A stretch of DNA of 64,000 bases from an uncultured Alphaproteobacteria bacterium. GTDB lineage: Bacteria; Pseudomonadota; Alphaproteobacteria; Rhizobiales; Beijerinckiaceae. The translations under genes were made by a program, and so were the position numbers. Where the stretch lies: assembly GCA_963722205.1 (NCBI GenBank), contig CAVRKL010000001.1, positions 408,933 to 472,932 of the forward strand, given 5' to 3'. Shown here piece after piece: positions 37,957-46,158 of this stretch (its first letter is position 1; the number at the start of each line of letters is the position of its first letter). The notes beneath the pieces were generated by a model. It searched no databases, was not told the origin of the DNA, and worked only from the letters and a program-made list of their open reading frames with translations.

Positions 37957-38184
37957 TCACGCTCCCGGCGCCTGATAACGCGGATAGGATGTGTCGATGA
38001 TGCAGGTGTTGTCCACCGGACACACCGCAACGCATTGCGGAATGTCGAAATGGCCGATGCACTCCGTGCACTTCTTTGGATTGATGACGAAGGTTCCGTT
38101 TTTCTCGGAGATCGCCACGTTCGGGCATTCCGCCTCGCAAGCGGAGCACGAGGTGCACTGCGAGGCGACGATCTTATAAGCCAT
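37957..38184 (-). CDS. fdxN: 2x[4Fe-4S] ferredoxin FdxN
   Basis: [12 protein letters not shown] and [16 protein letters not shown] motifs. Immediately downstream of nifB. Confidence 0.85.
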   Translation of the reverse strand: MAYKIVASQCTSCSACEAECPNVAISEKNGTFVINPKKCTECIGHFDIPQCVAVCPVDNTCIIDTSYPRYQAPGA

Positions 38185-38246
38185 TGATTAGCTCCTTGTT
38201 GCCAGAAGGCCGGAGGGCCCCTTTCTTCGCTATCAGGCGAAACCTC

Positions 38247-39803
38247 CTAAGCCTCGATCAGCGCGCCCTGACGGATTTGCGCGTCGCCGCGCTGGACGTG
38301 CTCTATCTCGCCGCGCTTCACGCGTTCGAGATATTCCTTGAAGTAGATGATCGCCGACTGCTCGATGAACTCGTAGGCGTATTGGTCTACAGGCTCGATG
38401 CCGGCCTTGATCAGGTCGTTCTTCGGGCAGCCGCCGATCTTGGCGACGAAGACCGCCACGCAGTCGTTGATCGCGCGGATGACGGTCTCGAGACTGTCCT
38501 CGTCGCCATAGCCGCCCTGGCAATAGAGATCGACGCGACGGTGTCCGACGAATTTCGCGCCCGACGTGCTGAGCTCGTAGATCTGGAACTCCTTGGCGTG
38601 GCCGAAGTGCTCGTTGATCTGTCCTTGGCCCTTCGTCGCCACGGCGACGAGCACCTTGATGTCGCTCGCCTCGGCGTCCTGCAGCGTTGCGAGCTCGGCC
38701 TCGCGGGCGGCGACCTTCGCTTGGCGCTGCTCTTCGACGGCGCTCTGATATTCCTGACGCGACTTGAGGTCGTAGGAGACGTCCATCTCCATGATCTTTT
38801 CGGTCGTGAACTCGGCCGAACGATCCTCGCCCAGAAGGCCCACGGCGTCGGCGCGGCACTGGCGACAGTGACGCATCATGTTCATCTCGCCTTCGCAGGA
38901 ATCCTGCACCGCCTTGAGTTCCTGCGCGCTGGGGCCGCGCTGACCGTTGAGGCCGAAGACGGTGCCGTGCTCCGGCGCCGAAATGAGCGGCATGATGTTG
39001 TGCAGAAAGGCGCCGCGCGACTTCACCGCCTTGTTGACCTCGACGAGATGCTTGTCGTTGATGCCCGGGATCATCACCGAGTTGATCTTGCAGAGGATGC
39101 CGCGCTCGGTGAGCATCTCGAGCCCCTGCAACTGCCGATCGGTGAGGATCTTCGCCGCCTCCTTGCCGGTGACGCGCTTGTGCTTCCAGAAAATCCAGGG
39201 ATAGATCTCGGCGCCGACTTCCGGATCGGTCATGTTGACCGTGATGGTCACGTGATCGACGTTGAAGGCGGCGATCGTGTCGACGTGATCGGGCAGCGCG
39301 AGACCGTTCGTCGACAGGCAGAGCTTGATGTCGGGGGCTGTTTTGGAGATCAGCTCGAAGGTCTTGAAGGTCTTGGCCGGATTGGCCAGTGGATCGCCGG
39401 GGCCGGCGATGCCGAGCACCGTCATCTGCGGGATGGTCGAGGCGACCGCGAGCACTTTTTTGGCGGCCTGTTCCGGCGACAGCTTCTCCGAGACGACGCC
39501 CGGCCGCGACTCATTGGCGCAATCATACTTGCGGTTGCAATAGTTGCATTGGATGTTGCAGGCGGGCGCCACGGCGACATGCATGCGCGCATAATGGTGG
39601 TGCGCCTCCTCGCTGTAGCAGGGATGATTCTTGACCTTCTCCCAGATCTCGGGCGCCATGTCCTCGGGACCGTCGCTCGAGCCGCAGCTCGCCTTGCCGC
39701 TGCTTCCGGATGTTGTTCCGCAGCCCTTGTGCTCTGCGATCTTCTGCATGACGTCGTCGAGCGGTTCGGCGGCGACCAGGTCGAATCCGTGTGAATCGTC
39801 CAT
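38247..39803 (-). CDS. nifB: NifB (radical SAM NifB-co synthase with C-terminal NifX-like domain)
   Basis: ...[36 protein letters not shown].... C-terminal ...[13 protein letters not shown]... domain. Confidence 0.95.
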   Translation of the reverse strand: MDDSHGFDLVAAEPLDDVMQKIAEHKGCGTTSGSSGKASCGSSDGPEDMAPEIWEKVKNHPCYSEEAHHHYARMHVAVAPACNIQCNYCNRKYDCANESRPGVVSEKLSPEQAAKKVLAVASTIPQMTVLGIAGPGDPLANPAKTFKTFELISKTAPDIKLCLSTNGLALPDHVDTIAAFNVDHVTITVNMTDPEVGAEIYPWIFWKHKRVTGKEAAKILTDRQLQGLEMLTERGILCKINSVMIPGINDKHLVEVNKAVKSRGAFLHNIMPLISAPEHGTVFGLNGQRGPSAQELKAVQDSCEGEMNMMRHCRQCRADAVGLLGEDRSAEFTTEKIMEMDVSYDLKSRQEYQSAVEEQRQAKVAAREAELATLQDAEASDIKVLVAVATKGQGQINEHFGHAKEFQIYELSTSGAKFVGHRRVDLYCQGGYGDEDSLETVIRAINDCVAVFVAKIGGCPKNDLIKAGIEPVDQYAYEFIEQSAIIYFKEYLERVKRGEIEHVQRGDAQIRQGALIEA

Positions 39804-39908
39804 GGCTGTTCCTCGCGATTGGGCTCTTGAGCCGTTGCGATGCGCGCTCTGGAGGGGCGGGGCGCCTTAGGCCTCGCGTCGGGGCGCGAACTCGTGTGGC
39901 GGGATGGT

Positions 39909-39924
39909 CGCAACAAGCGTGCCA
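39909..39924 (-). promoter_or_regulatory. sigma54 -24/-12 promoter of nifB
   Basis: The minus strand reads TGGCACGCTTGTTGCG, about 105 nt upstream of the nifB ATG. Confidence 0.8.
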
Positions 39925-39983
39925 CGCGCGGCGTGGCGCTTATGCGTATGAAAAGGCGAGACTTATGGCAATTCGCCACGTCC

Positions 39984-39999
39984 TGTCCCAATCGTGACA
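39984..39999. promoter_or_regulatory. NifA UAS (TGT-N10-ACA) shared by divergent promoters
   Basis: TGTCCCAATCGTGACA. About 93 nt upstream of the predicted nifB TSS and ~100 nt upstream of the TSS of the promoter at 40068. Confidence 0.7.
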
Positions 40000-40067
40000 C
40001 TGGCCTCGCCTCGGTCTTGGCCGCTGTCGTTTAAGCGACATTGCGACGCAGCAAAAGCTCGGAGGCG

Positions 40068-40083
40068 TGGCTTCAAACTTGCT
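40068..40083 (+). promoter_or_regulatory. sigma54-type promoter upstream of the TPR-like gene and nifA
   Basis: TGGCTTCAAACTTGCT (GG-N10-GC). Confidence 0.55.
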
Positions 40084-40094
40084 CGGCGCTCATC

Positions 40095-40592
40095 ATGGAA
40101 AATTTGAGAGAAATGGTCCTCAACGAGCCGGCCAACGTCACCTTCGGCGACTTGCCGCCTCAGGTCGAGGAGCTGCTGCGGGAGGGCGTCGTCGCGCAGC
40201 GTCGCGATCGCGAGCGCGCGGACCGGCTGTTTCGCGAGGCGCTCGCGCTCGCGCCGACGCAGCTCCCCATCTATTATTGCCTTTATAAGGTGCAGACTCG
40301 CATGGGCCGGCTGGACGCCGCCGCGGCGATCGCGCGTGAAGGCATGAAGGAGGCCGCGCGACAGGCTGGCTGGAGCGGCGATCCCGGCGAGTGGCCCGCG
40401 GCGGAAGCTTCCGAGGGTCCCGGACGATTCGCCGTCTTCACGCTCAAGGCGCTGAGCTTCATCGAGCTCAAGCGCGGCAATCGCGAAATCGCGCTCGCGA
40501 ATCTCGATCATCTCGCGAGGCTTGATCCTTCCGGGGGCGTGGGATGGCCCGTGGTCTTGGCGCTCGCGGCAGGAACGGAAGGAACCGACTGA
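40095..40592 (+). CDS. TPR-like nif-cluster protein, paralogue of 37046-37567
   Basis: ...GDLPPQVEELLREG...ALAPTQLPIYYCLYKV...LARLDPSGG... aligns by eye with the nifB-operon copy. The start may instead be the ATG at 40113, given the promoter position. Confidence 0.55.
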   Translation: MENLREMVLNEPANVTFGDLPPQVEELLREGVVAQRRDRERADRLFREALALAPTQLPIYYCLYKVQTRMGRLDAAAAIAREGMKEAARQAGWSGDPGEWPAAEASEGPGRFAVFTLKALSFIELKRGNREIALANLDHLARLDPSGGVGWPVVLALAAGTEGTD

Positions 40593-40638
40593 GATGATAG
40601 GACATATGCCATATTGCCGCGTTGCACAAAAAATCGCA

Positions 40639-40666
40639 TTGACGGTATGTGAATTGCTCCTATTTT
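40639..40666 (+). promoter_or_regulatory. Possible sigma70-type promoter for nifA
   Basis: TTGACG-N16-TATTTT in the only AT-rich patch upstream of nifA. Confidence 0.3.
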
Positions 40667-40706
40667 TATCATGGTATGCTCCGTCGACCTCCGTCGGATA
40701 AAGGCG

Positions 40707-42443
40707 ATGGGAATTTACCCCGGAAACACCATGACCGGACCTGGCGTCCGAACAACGGACCTGAGCGAGTCCGCTCTCGTCGGCATTTACGAAGTCTCGA
40801 AACTCCTGGCCTCGCCCAATCGTCTCGAGCGCACCCTCGCGGGCGTGCTCAGCGTGCTCTCGAGCTTCCTCGACATGCGGCACGGCCTCTTCGCTCTGCT
40901 CGACAAGGAGGGCGATCCGGAGATCGTCGTCGGCTCGGGCTGGTCCGAGGTCAATGCAAAGCAATTCTTCGAGCGCCTGCCCGAGCGCGCGATCGGTCAG
41001 ATCGTCGCGACGAAGATGCCGCTCGTCGTCGAAAACGTGCTCGTCTCTCCGCTCTTCGAGGGCGCCGACCTCTCCGGCTGGGGCCCGTCGGAAGGCGAGC
41101 CCTTCTCCCTCGTCGGCGTGCCGATTAAGGAAGGCGAAGACGTCGTCGGCACGCTGACGGTCGACCGCGCGCTGTCAAACCGCTCCTCGGTGCGCTTCGA
41201 CCACGACGTGCGCTTCCTGACGATGATCGCCAATCTGGTCGGCCAGACCTTGCGGCTGCAAAAGCTCATCGCGCGCGATCGCGAGCGGTTGATGCTAGAG
41301 AACGCGCGGCTCGGGAAGGGCGACCGTCCGCACCCCATCGACGGCAAGACCGAGGGGATCAAGGGCATCCTCGGCTCCAGTCCCGCGGTTCGCGCCGTTG
41401 TCGAAAAAATCCGCATTGTCGCCAAATCGCGCTCGACCGTGCTGCTTCGCGGCGAGTTGGGCACGGGCAAGGAGCTCTTCGCGGCGGCGATCCACAATCT
41501 TTCGCCCCGCCACAGCAAGCCTTTCGTCAAGCTCAACTGCGCGGCGCTGCCGGAGAGCGTGCTCGAGTCGGAGCTCTTCGGCCATGAGCGCGGGGCCTTC
41601 ACCGGCGCCGCCGCGATGCGCAAGGGCCGCTTCGAACTCGCCGACGGCGGCACGCTGTTTCTCGACGAGATCGGCGAGATCACGCCCGCGTTCCAGGCCA
41701 AGCTTCTGCGCGTCCTGCAGGAGGGCGAGTTCGAGCGGGTCGGCGGGAACCGCACGCTGAAGGTCGACGTCCGCTTCGTTTGCGCGACGAACAAGAATCT
41801 CGAACAGGCCGTGCAAAAGGGCGAGTTCCGCGCGGACCTCTATTATCGCATCAGCGTCGTGCCAATCTTTCTGCCGCCGCTTCGCGAGCGCAAGGGCGAT
41901 CTCGCGCCGCTCGCCAACGAGTTTCTGCGCCGCTTCAACACGGAGCAGGGCTCGCATCTCTCTCTTTCCGCCTCGGCGATGCAGGTGCTCTCCGAATGCG
42001 GCTTCCCCGGCAACATTCGCGAGCTCGAGAACTGCATCTACCGCACGGCGACGCTCGCGCGTGGGTCGGAGATCGTGGACAAGGACTTCTCCTGCCGAAA
42101 CGACGGCTGTCTCTCCGCCGTTCTGTGGAGCGGTTCCCATGAGGAGGCCCCTGCGGAGCCGCGTTTCACGAAGCCCTTGCCCATCGTTTCGACGCCAAAA
42201 AGCCCCGCGCCGCCGCCTCCCGTGAGCCCCCCGCCGCTCGGAGAGGCTCCGCCGCCGACATGTCCGGGCGCCGAAAACTGCAACGTCGCCGGAGGCGACT
42301 CACGCAGCGAGCGCGAGAAGCTCATCGACGCGATGGAAGAGGCCGGCTGGGTCAAGGCCAAGGCGGCGCGCCTCCTGGGCCTGACGCCGCGGCAAATCGG
42401 TTACGCCCTGCAAAAGCATGACATTCCCGTCCGAAAATTCTAG
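40707..42443 (+). CDS. nifA: NifA (sigma54 enhancer-binding activator: GAF + AAA+ + HTH)
   Basis: GAF region. AAA+ core with GAFTGA, ESELFGHE and DEIGE. CRNDGC linker Cys motif. C-terminal HTH ...AARLLGLTPRQIGYALQKH.... Walker A reads GELGTGKE. The start is uncertain (40671, 40707 or 40731). Confidence 0.9.
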   Translation: MGIYPGNTMTGPGVRTTDLSESALVGIYEVSKLLASPNRLERTLAGVLSVLSSFLDMRHGLFALLDKEGDPEIVVGSGWSEVNAKQFFERLPERAIGQIVATKMPLVVENVLVSPLFEGADLSGWGPSEGEPFSLVGVPIKEGEDVVGTLTVDRALSNRSSVRFDHDVRFLTMIANLVGQTLRLQKLIARDRERLMLENARLGKGDRPHPIDGKTEGIKGILGSSPAVRAVVEKIRIVAKSRSTVLLRGELGTGKELFAAAIHNLSPRHSKPFVKLNCAALPESVLESELFGHERGAFTGAAAMRKGRFELADGGTLFLDEIGEITPAFQAKLLRVLQEGEFERVGGNRTLKVDVRFVCATNKNLEQAVQKGEFRADLYYRISVVPIFLPPLRERKGDLAPLANEFLRRFNTEQGSHLSLSASAMQVLSECGFPGNIRELENCIYRTATLARGSEIVDKDFSCRNDGCLSAVLWSGSHEEAPAEPRFTKPLPIVSTPKSPAPPPPVSPPPLGEAPPPTCPGAENCNVAGGDSRSEREKLIDAMEEAGWVKAKAARLLGLTPRQIGYALQKHDIPVRKF

Positions 42444-43200
42444 CGCGCCGAACGGCGCCGACTCCGACCCCGACGCGCATCCGCTCGACTGGCTCGGCCG
42501 GCCGATCCGCTGCCGCGAGTGCGACCATGCCGCGCTCAACCGCGAAGGCCTCTGCCGCAAGGGAACGGCCTGCGTGCGGGACCGCCGCGCACGCCGCGTC
42601 GACGGCTTCTTCCGCAATCATGCCGAGCTTGCCAACGAGTATCTCCAGCATTCCTATTTCGAGGTGCGCGCCGTCGCCGCGAAATATGCGAGCGTGATGC
42701 GGCTCATGCCGCTCCTCGCCGACCCAGAGCCGGAAGTTCGCGCCATGGCGGCGATGCGTCTGCCCGTGGAGCGCGTCAAGGCGCTGGCGAACGATCCCGA
42801 GCCGCGCGTGCGCATCGCGCTCGCCAACCGGCTTGAGGGCGCGAGCCTCGTCGCGATGCTGTCGGACGAGGATTACATCGTCCGAATCAATGTCGTGCGG
42901 CGTCTGCCGCCCGAGCTCGTCGCGCTCGCCGTTCGCGATCCCGATCCGGAGGTGAGGCGCTGGGCGGCGCGGCGCCTGCCGGAAGAGCGGCTGGACCTCC
43001 TGATGCTCGACGAGGAGCCGCTCGTACGGCTCGTGGTCGCCGAACGGCTCCCGCCCGCGCGCCTCAGCGCGATGGCGAAGGATGAGGATTTGCGCGTGCG
43101 CTTCACGGTGGCTGAGCGGGCCCCCCCGGCGCTGCTGCGCAGCCTCCTCGACGACCCCGACGAGCTGGTGCGGGAGGTCGCCCGGTCGCGCTGCGCCTGA
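42418..43200 (+). CDS. 4Fe-4S-binding LRV repeat protein, second copy
   Basis: CREC-x9-C-x5-C followed by ...DPEPEVR..AA.RLP... repeats. Overlaps the nifA 3' end by 26 nt. Confidence 0.7.
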   Translation: MTFPSENSSAPNGADSDPDAHPLDWLGRPIRCRECDHAALNREGLCRKGTACVRDRRARRVDGFFRNHAELANEYLQHSYFEVRAVAAKYASVMRLMPLLADPEPEVRAMAAMRLPVERVKALANDPEPRVRIALANRLEGASLVAMLSDEDYIVRINVVRRLPPELVALAVRDPDPEVRRWAARRLPEERLDLLMLDEEPLVRLVVAERLPPARLSAMAKDEDLRVRFTVAERAPPALLRSLLDDPDELVREVARSRCA

Positions 43201-43452
43201 GGCGTCCCTTCTGGGCGGGCCGCTCGTTACAGTCTTGGTTGTTTCTGCGCTTTCCGCCCGTTGGTTTCGAGCGAACTTGTCTGAAAACCGACACCGGGCG
43301 CGCCCGCGCTGCGCTAAAATCCGAAAAGGCCGCCTCGTTTCGCGCCGCCGCTCCTCTGCAGCTTGAGGGGAGGCGTCGCGGCAGGGGTCGCGCGGGGAGG
43401 AACGCGCGCCGCGGAGTTTTCATGGTCCGGTTTTCGCTTCCTTTGGCGCGTC

Positions 43453-43929
43453 ATGGCCGCGCTTCGACAAATCTCTCCCGGAAAGAGCCTGCCTCTCGTC
43501 ACGAGACTGGACGCGCGCGTCCTGCGCCATGACGAGGGCTACGGGCTTTCGACGCTGCATTTCGCCGACGGCGAGCTGCGGGCGCCGCGGGTCGACGCGT
43601 CGGTCGGCGCGGGCCTGCGCGTCAAGATCGACGCGCGCGACGTTTCGATCGCGCTCTCGCGCCCGATGGACGTTTCCATTCTCAATCGTCTTCCTGGCTC
43701 GATTGTCGATCTGACGCCGCTGCGGCTGCCCTATGTGCGCGTCGCGGTGAGCCTCGGAACGACCGAGGTTTACGCCCTCGTCACCGCCGAATTTGTCGAT
43801 CGCCTCGCGCTCGAGGAAGGGCTGCGGGTATGGGCGATGCTCAAGAGCCTTGCGATAACTGAGGAGCGGATTCCGGCTTCGCGTCTTCCGAAGACGCGTG
43901 GCTGGCGCGTCGTCGGAAGCTCGGATTGA
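43453..43929 (+). CDS. Stand-alone TOBE/Mop-type molybdate-binding domain protein (resembles the ModC C-terminal regulatory domain)
   Basis: ...RLDARVLRHDEGYGLSTL...LRVKIDARDVSIAL..P...SILNRLPGSIV...VWAMLKSLAI aligns with my recollection of the E. coli ModC C-terminus. No ABC ATPase part lies upstream. Confidence 0.6.
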   Translation: MAALRQISPGKSLPLVTRLDARVLRHDEGYGLSTLHFADGELRAPRVDASVGAGLRVKIDARDVSIALSRPMDVSILNRLPGSIVDLTPLRLPYVRVAVSLGTTEVYALVTAEFVDRLALEEGLRVWAMLKSLAITEERIPASRLPKTRGWRVVGSSD

Positions 43930-44290
43930 GCGCCGCGGCGATCTCGCTGAGCGCGGGCTTCGCCTGCGCCCGCGCCCGCCGCTCGATCGAGGCGTAAACC
44001 GCAACGAGCCTTTCCCCAAAAGGCGTCAGCTCCGCGCCGCCGCCGCGCCGCCCCGGATGCGTCGCGATCACCGGCTGCTCGAAGGCGCGGTTGAGCGCGT
44101 CCACGATGAGCCAGCAGGTGCGATAGGACAGGCCGGTGGCGCGGCCCGCCCCCAGGATCGAGCGTTGCTTGCGTATGGCCGCGACGACGCGCAGCTCGTC
44201 GGGCCCGAGCCTCGCGCCATTCGAGAAATTAAGCGCGATCTCCAGCCGCGTCTCGGCGAGGGACTCCGTGCGTTCCTGTTCGCCTGTCAT
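43841..44290 (-). CDS. ModE-family N-terminal wHTH regulator (HTH-only, no Mop domains)
   Basis: ...RVVAAIRKQRSILGAGRATGLSYRTCWLIVDALNRAFEQPVI...GGGGAELTPFGERLV... matches the ModE DNA-binding domain. The start is at 44290 or 44305. Confidence 0.65.
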   Translation of the reverse strand: MTGEQERTESLAETRLEIALNFSNGARLGPDELRVVAAIRKQRSILGAGRATGLSYRTCWLIVDALNRAFEQPVIATHPGRRGGGAELTPFGERLVAVYASIERRARAQAKPALSEIAAALNPSFRRRASHASSEDAKPESAPQLSQGS

Positions 44291-44892
44291 TGGACGGTCT
44301 CGCACAATTGGAGCACGCTCGCGCCTTCCTCCGCGTGCTCAGTCGGCCAAAGCGGTCGTTGCGGGGCCTGCCTCGCCCACCAGATTTCGAGCGCCTCGCA
44401 GCTCGCGTCGACGAATTGAAACAGCGGGGCCGCGAAAATCTCCCATTCCTCCGCCGCCGCCGGGGAAACCACGGTCAGAACGGGAATGTCCGCCTCGATC
44501 GCCGCGCGAAACGCGTCCGCAAGCCCGCTGCGCGCCGCCTCCAACTTGCCGAATTTGCTGAGGACCACGAGATCGGCCCCTTCCGAAATCGCAGTTTCGA
44601 TCCGCCCGCAGGCTCTGACGAGCGCGGCCGGGTCGAGATTGCAGGCGGTCGAGCCGCGCCCGAGATTTTGCGAGATCGGGATCGTCTCTCCCGACAGGAG
44701 ATCGCGAACACGGAAGCGCTTGCAGGCCCCGTCATGCGCGCAATCGGAGTCCTCGACGACGCCGGCGACGCGCAAGCCGGCGCGGCTTCGGCGTTGCGCG
44801 AATTCGTCGAGGAGAGTCTGCATCGCCGCGCTCGGAGCGCCGCGCAGCGCCGCGATCCGAGGAGCCTCGTGAGCCGTCTCGTCCATGAGCAT
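44287..44892 (-). CDS. DUF2478-like (THEP1/NTPase-like) protein
   Basis: ...LRVAGVVE...CNLDPAAL...GADLVVLSKFGKLEA...IPVLTVV.... The family call is from memory. Confidence 0.5.
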   Translation of the reverse strand: MLMDETAHEAPRIAALRGAPSAAMQTLLDEFAQRRSRAGLRVAGVVEDSDCAHDGACKRFRVRDLLSGETIPISQNLGRGSTACNLDPAALVRACGRIETAISEGADLVVLSKFGKLEAARSGLADAFRAAIEADIPVLTVVSPAAAEEWEIFAAPLFQFVDASCEALEIWWARQAPQRPLWPTEHAEEGASVLQLCETVQ

Positions 44893-45003
44893 GATCGCCT
44901 CCTTGCGGTTAGAGCGTGTTCCCAAAAAGTGCAAAGCGGTTTTTGGAAAAGAACACGCTCGATCGATAACATTGGGAGCGCGTTCGCCTTCTCCGAATGC
45001 GCT

Positions 45004-45873
45004 CTAATGCATGAGCATGGGCGTAAGCGATGGCCTGCGCCCGCCGACCCGCGCTGCGAGCACGGCCTGCGTGGTCGCCTCGGCGATGGCGCGGCCGATC
45101 TCGTCCGTGCCGGTCCAGCAGGCCAGGCGTCCGCGCGTATCAATCTCGACGAGCTTCGCGCCTTCCGGCGCCGGCGCGCCGTCGCGCGCCAAACCGCGCA
45201 GAAAACCGTCCATCGGCGCGATCAAAGGCGCCCCGTCCTGACGCCCGATCCTCACGCCCTTGTAGACTCGATCGCCGATGTTGAGCGGCGTGCGCCAGAC
45301 GCCGGCGCGCGGCGCGCGAAGAAACCGCTCCTCACCGAGGCCGCCCAGCGCGCGCGGAATCCCGTCGCAGGCCCAGGTGCGGCCCGTCCTCACCACAGAT
45401 CCGGCTCGCGCGGGATGCGTCTCGATCGCGACGTCGCAGTTCTTGCCAATCGTGAAATTGGGGCCCAGTCCCACGGCGACCCCGGCCAGACCACGCAGAT
45501 CCGGCGTCACGCGATCCTTCTGCATGCGCGCGTCGATGATCGCGTCCGCCCTGCGCAAGGGGATGAGATCCGTCGCATGCAGCGGCGTGACCGCGACGCA
45601 GCCGCGGCTCGCGAAAATTTCGAAGAGCTCTACGGCGTTTTCGGCGCGGCGGCCGATAATCCCGTCGACTTGCGCTGAATCGTCGAAGAGGGCGTCATGA
45701 AAGCACATGCCGCGCCTGAGCGCCGGCGGATGAGGATCATAGCTGAGAGCAGCGTTGTAGCCCTCCCATAGGAGGCGGACGGCGACCGCCGACGCGATCT
45801 CATTCGTGCCGAGAATGATCGCAAAGCCGCGACCGACATTGCGCGGCGCGTCCCCCATCGTTGATCCGTCCAT
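45004..45873 (-). CDS. XdhC/YqeB-like molybdoenzyme maturation protein
   Basis: Rossmann-like ...FAIILGTNEIASAVAVRL.... C-terminal ...VEIDTRG... resembles YqeB-type proteins as I recall them. Confidence 0.5.
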   Translation of the reverse strand: MDGSTMGDAPRNVGRGFAIILGTNEIASAVAVRLLWEGYNAALSYDPHPPALRRGMCFHDALFDDSAQVDGIIGRRAENAVELFEIFASRGCVAVTPLHATDLIPLRRADAIIDARMQKDRVTPDLRGLAGVAVGLGPNFTIGKNCDVAIETHPARAGSVVRTGRTWACDGIPRALGGLGEERFLRAPRAGVWRTPLNIGDRVYKGVRIGRQDGAPLIAPMDGFLRGLARDGAPAPEGAKLVEIDTRGRLACWTGTDEIGRAIAEATTQAVLAARVGGRRPSLTPMLMH

Positions 45874-46000
45874 TTCCGCGCTCCTCCGCGTCGAGTTTGA
45901 GAAGCCGGAGCAAAGGCCGCGCCAACAGGCACAGTCTTGTCGTTAACGAGGTAATTCAAGCTCTTATTGGATAGCGCGCCTAAGCGCGCCGCCGGAGAAA

Positions 46001-46022
46001 GCTATATTGTTATGAATATATC
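46001..46022. promoter_or_regulatory. ModE-type operator candidate (Mo-box) 1
   Basis: GCTATATT-GTTATG-AATATATC. 8-bp arms match 7/8 as an inverted repeat. Confidence 0.45.
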
Positions 46023-46033
46023 TGAGACGGTCA

Positions 46034-46055
46034 GTTATGTTGTCGGGAATATAAC
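46034..46055. promoter_or_regulatory. ModE-type operator candidate (Mo-box) 2
   Basis: GTTATGTT-GTCGGG-AATATAAC. 8-bp arms match 7/8. Centre is 33 bp from site 1. A TGT-N10-ACA (46041-46056) overlaps it. Confidence 0.45.
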
Positions 46056-46142
46056 AAATCCCGGTCGCGCGGCGCCGCTCGACGATGCGCGCACGCGGCG
46101 CCGCGCCGCTTTTTTCCGCGTGCTGCGCGCGGAACGCGCAGC

Positions 46143-46158
46143 TGGCGCCTCCCCTGCA
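46143..46158 (+). promoter_or_regulatory. Weak sigma54-type promoter candidate upstream of the truncated haemoglobin gene
   Basis: TGGCGCCTCCCCTGCA (GG-N10-GC), ~80 nt upstream of the ATG at 46238. Confidence 0.3.

Noticed and set aside
40593-40706. FixK/FNR-type box (TTGAT-N4-ATCAA) or sigma54 promoter directly upstream of nifA.
   Set aside because: No acceptable match was found. The nearby TTGCAC...TTGACG strings do not fit the dyad. Only a weak sigma70-like -35/-10 could be proposed.
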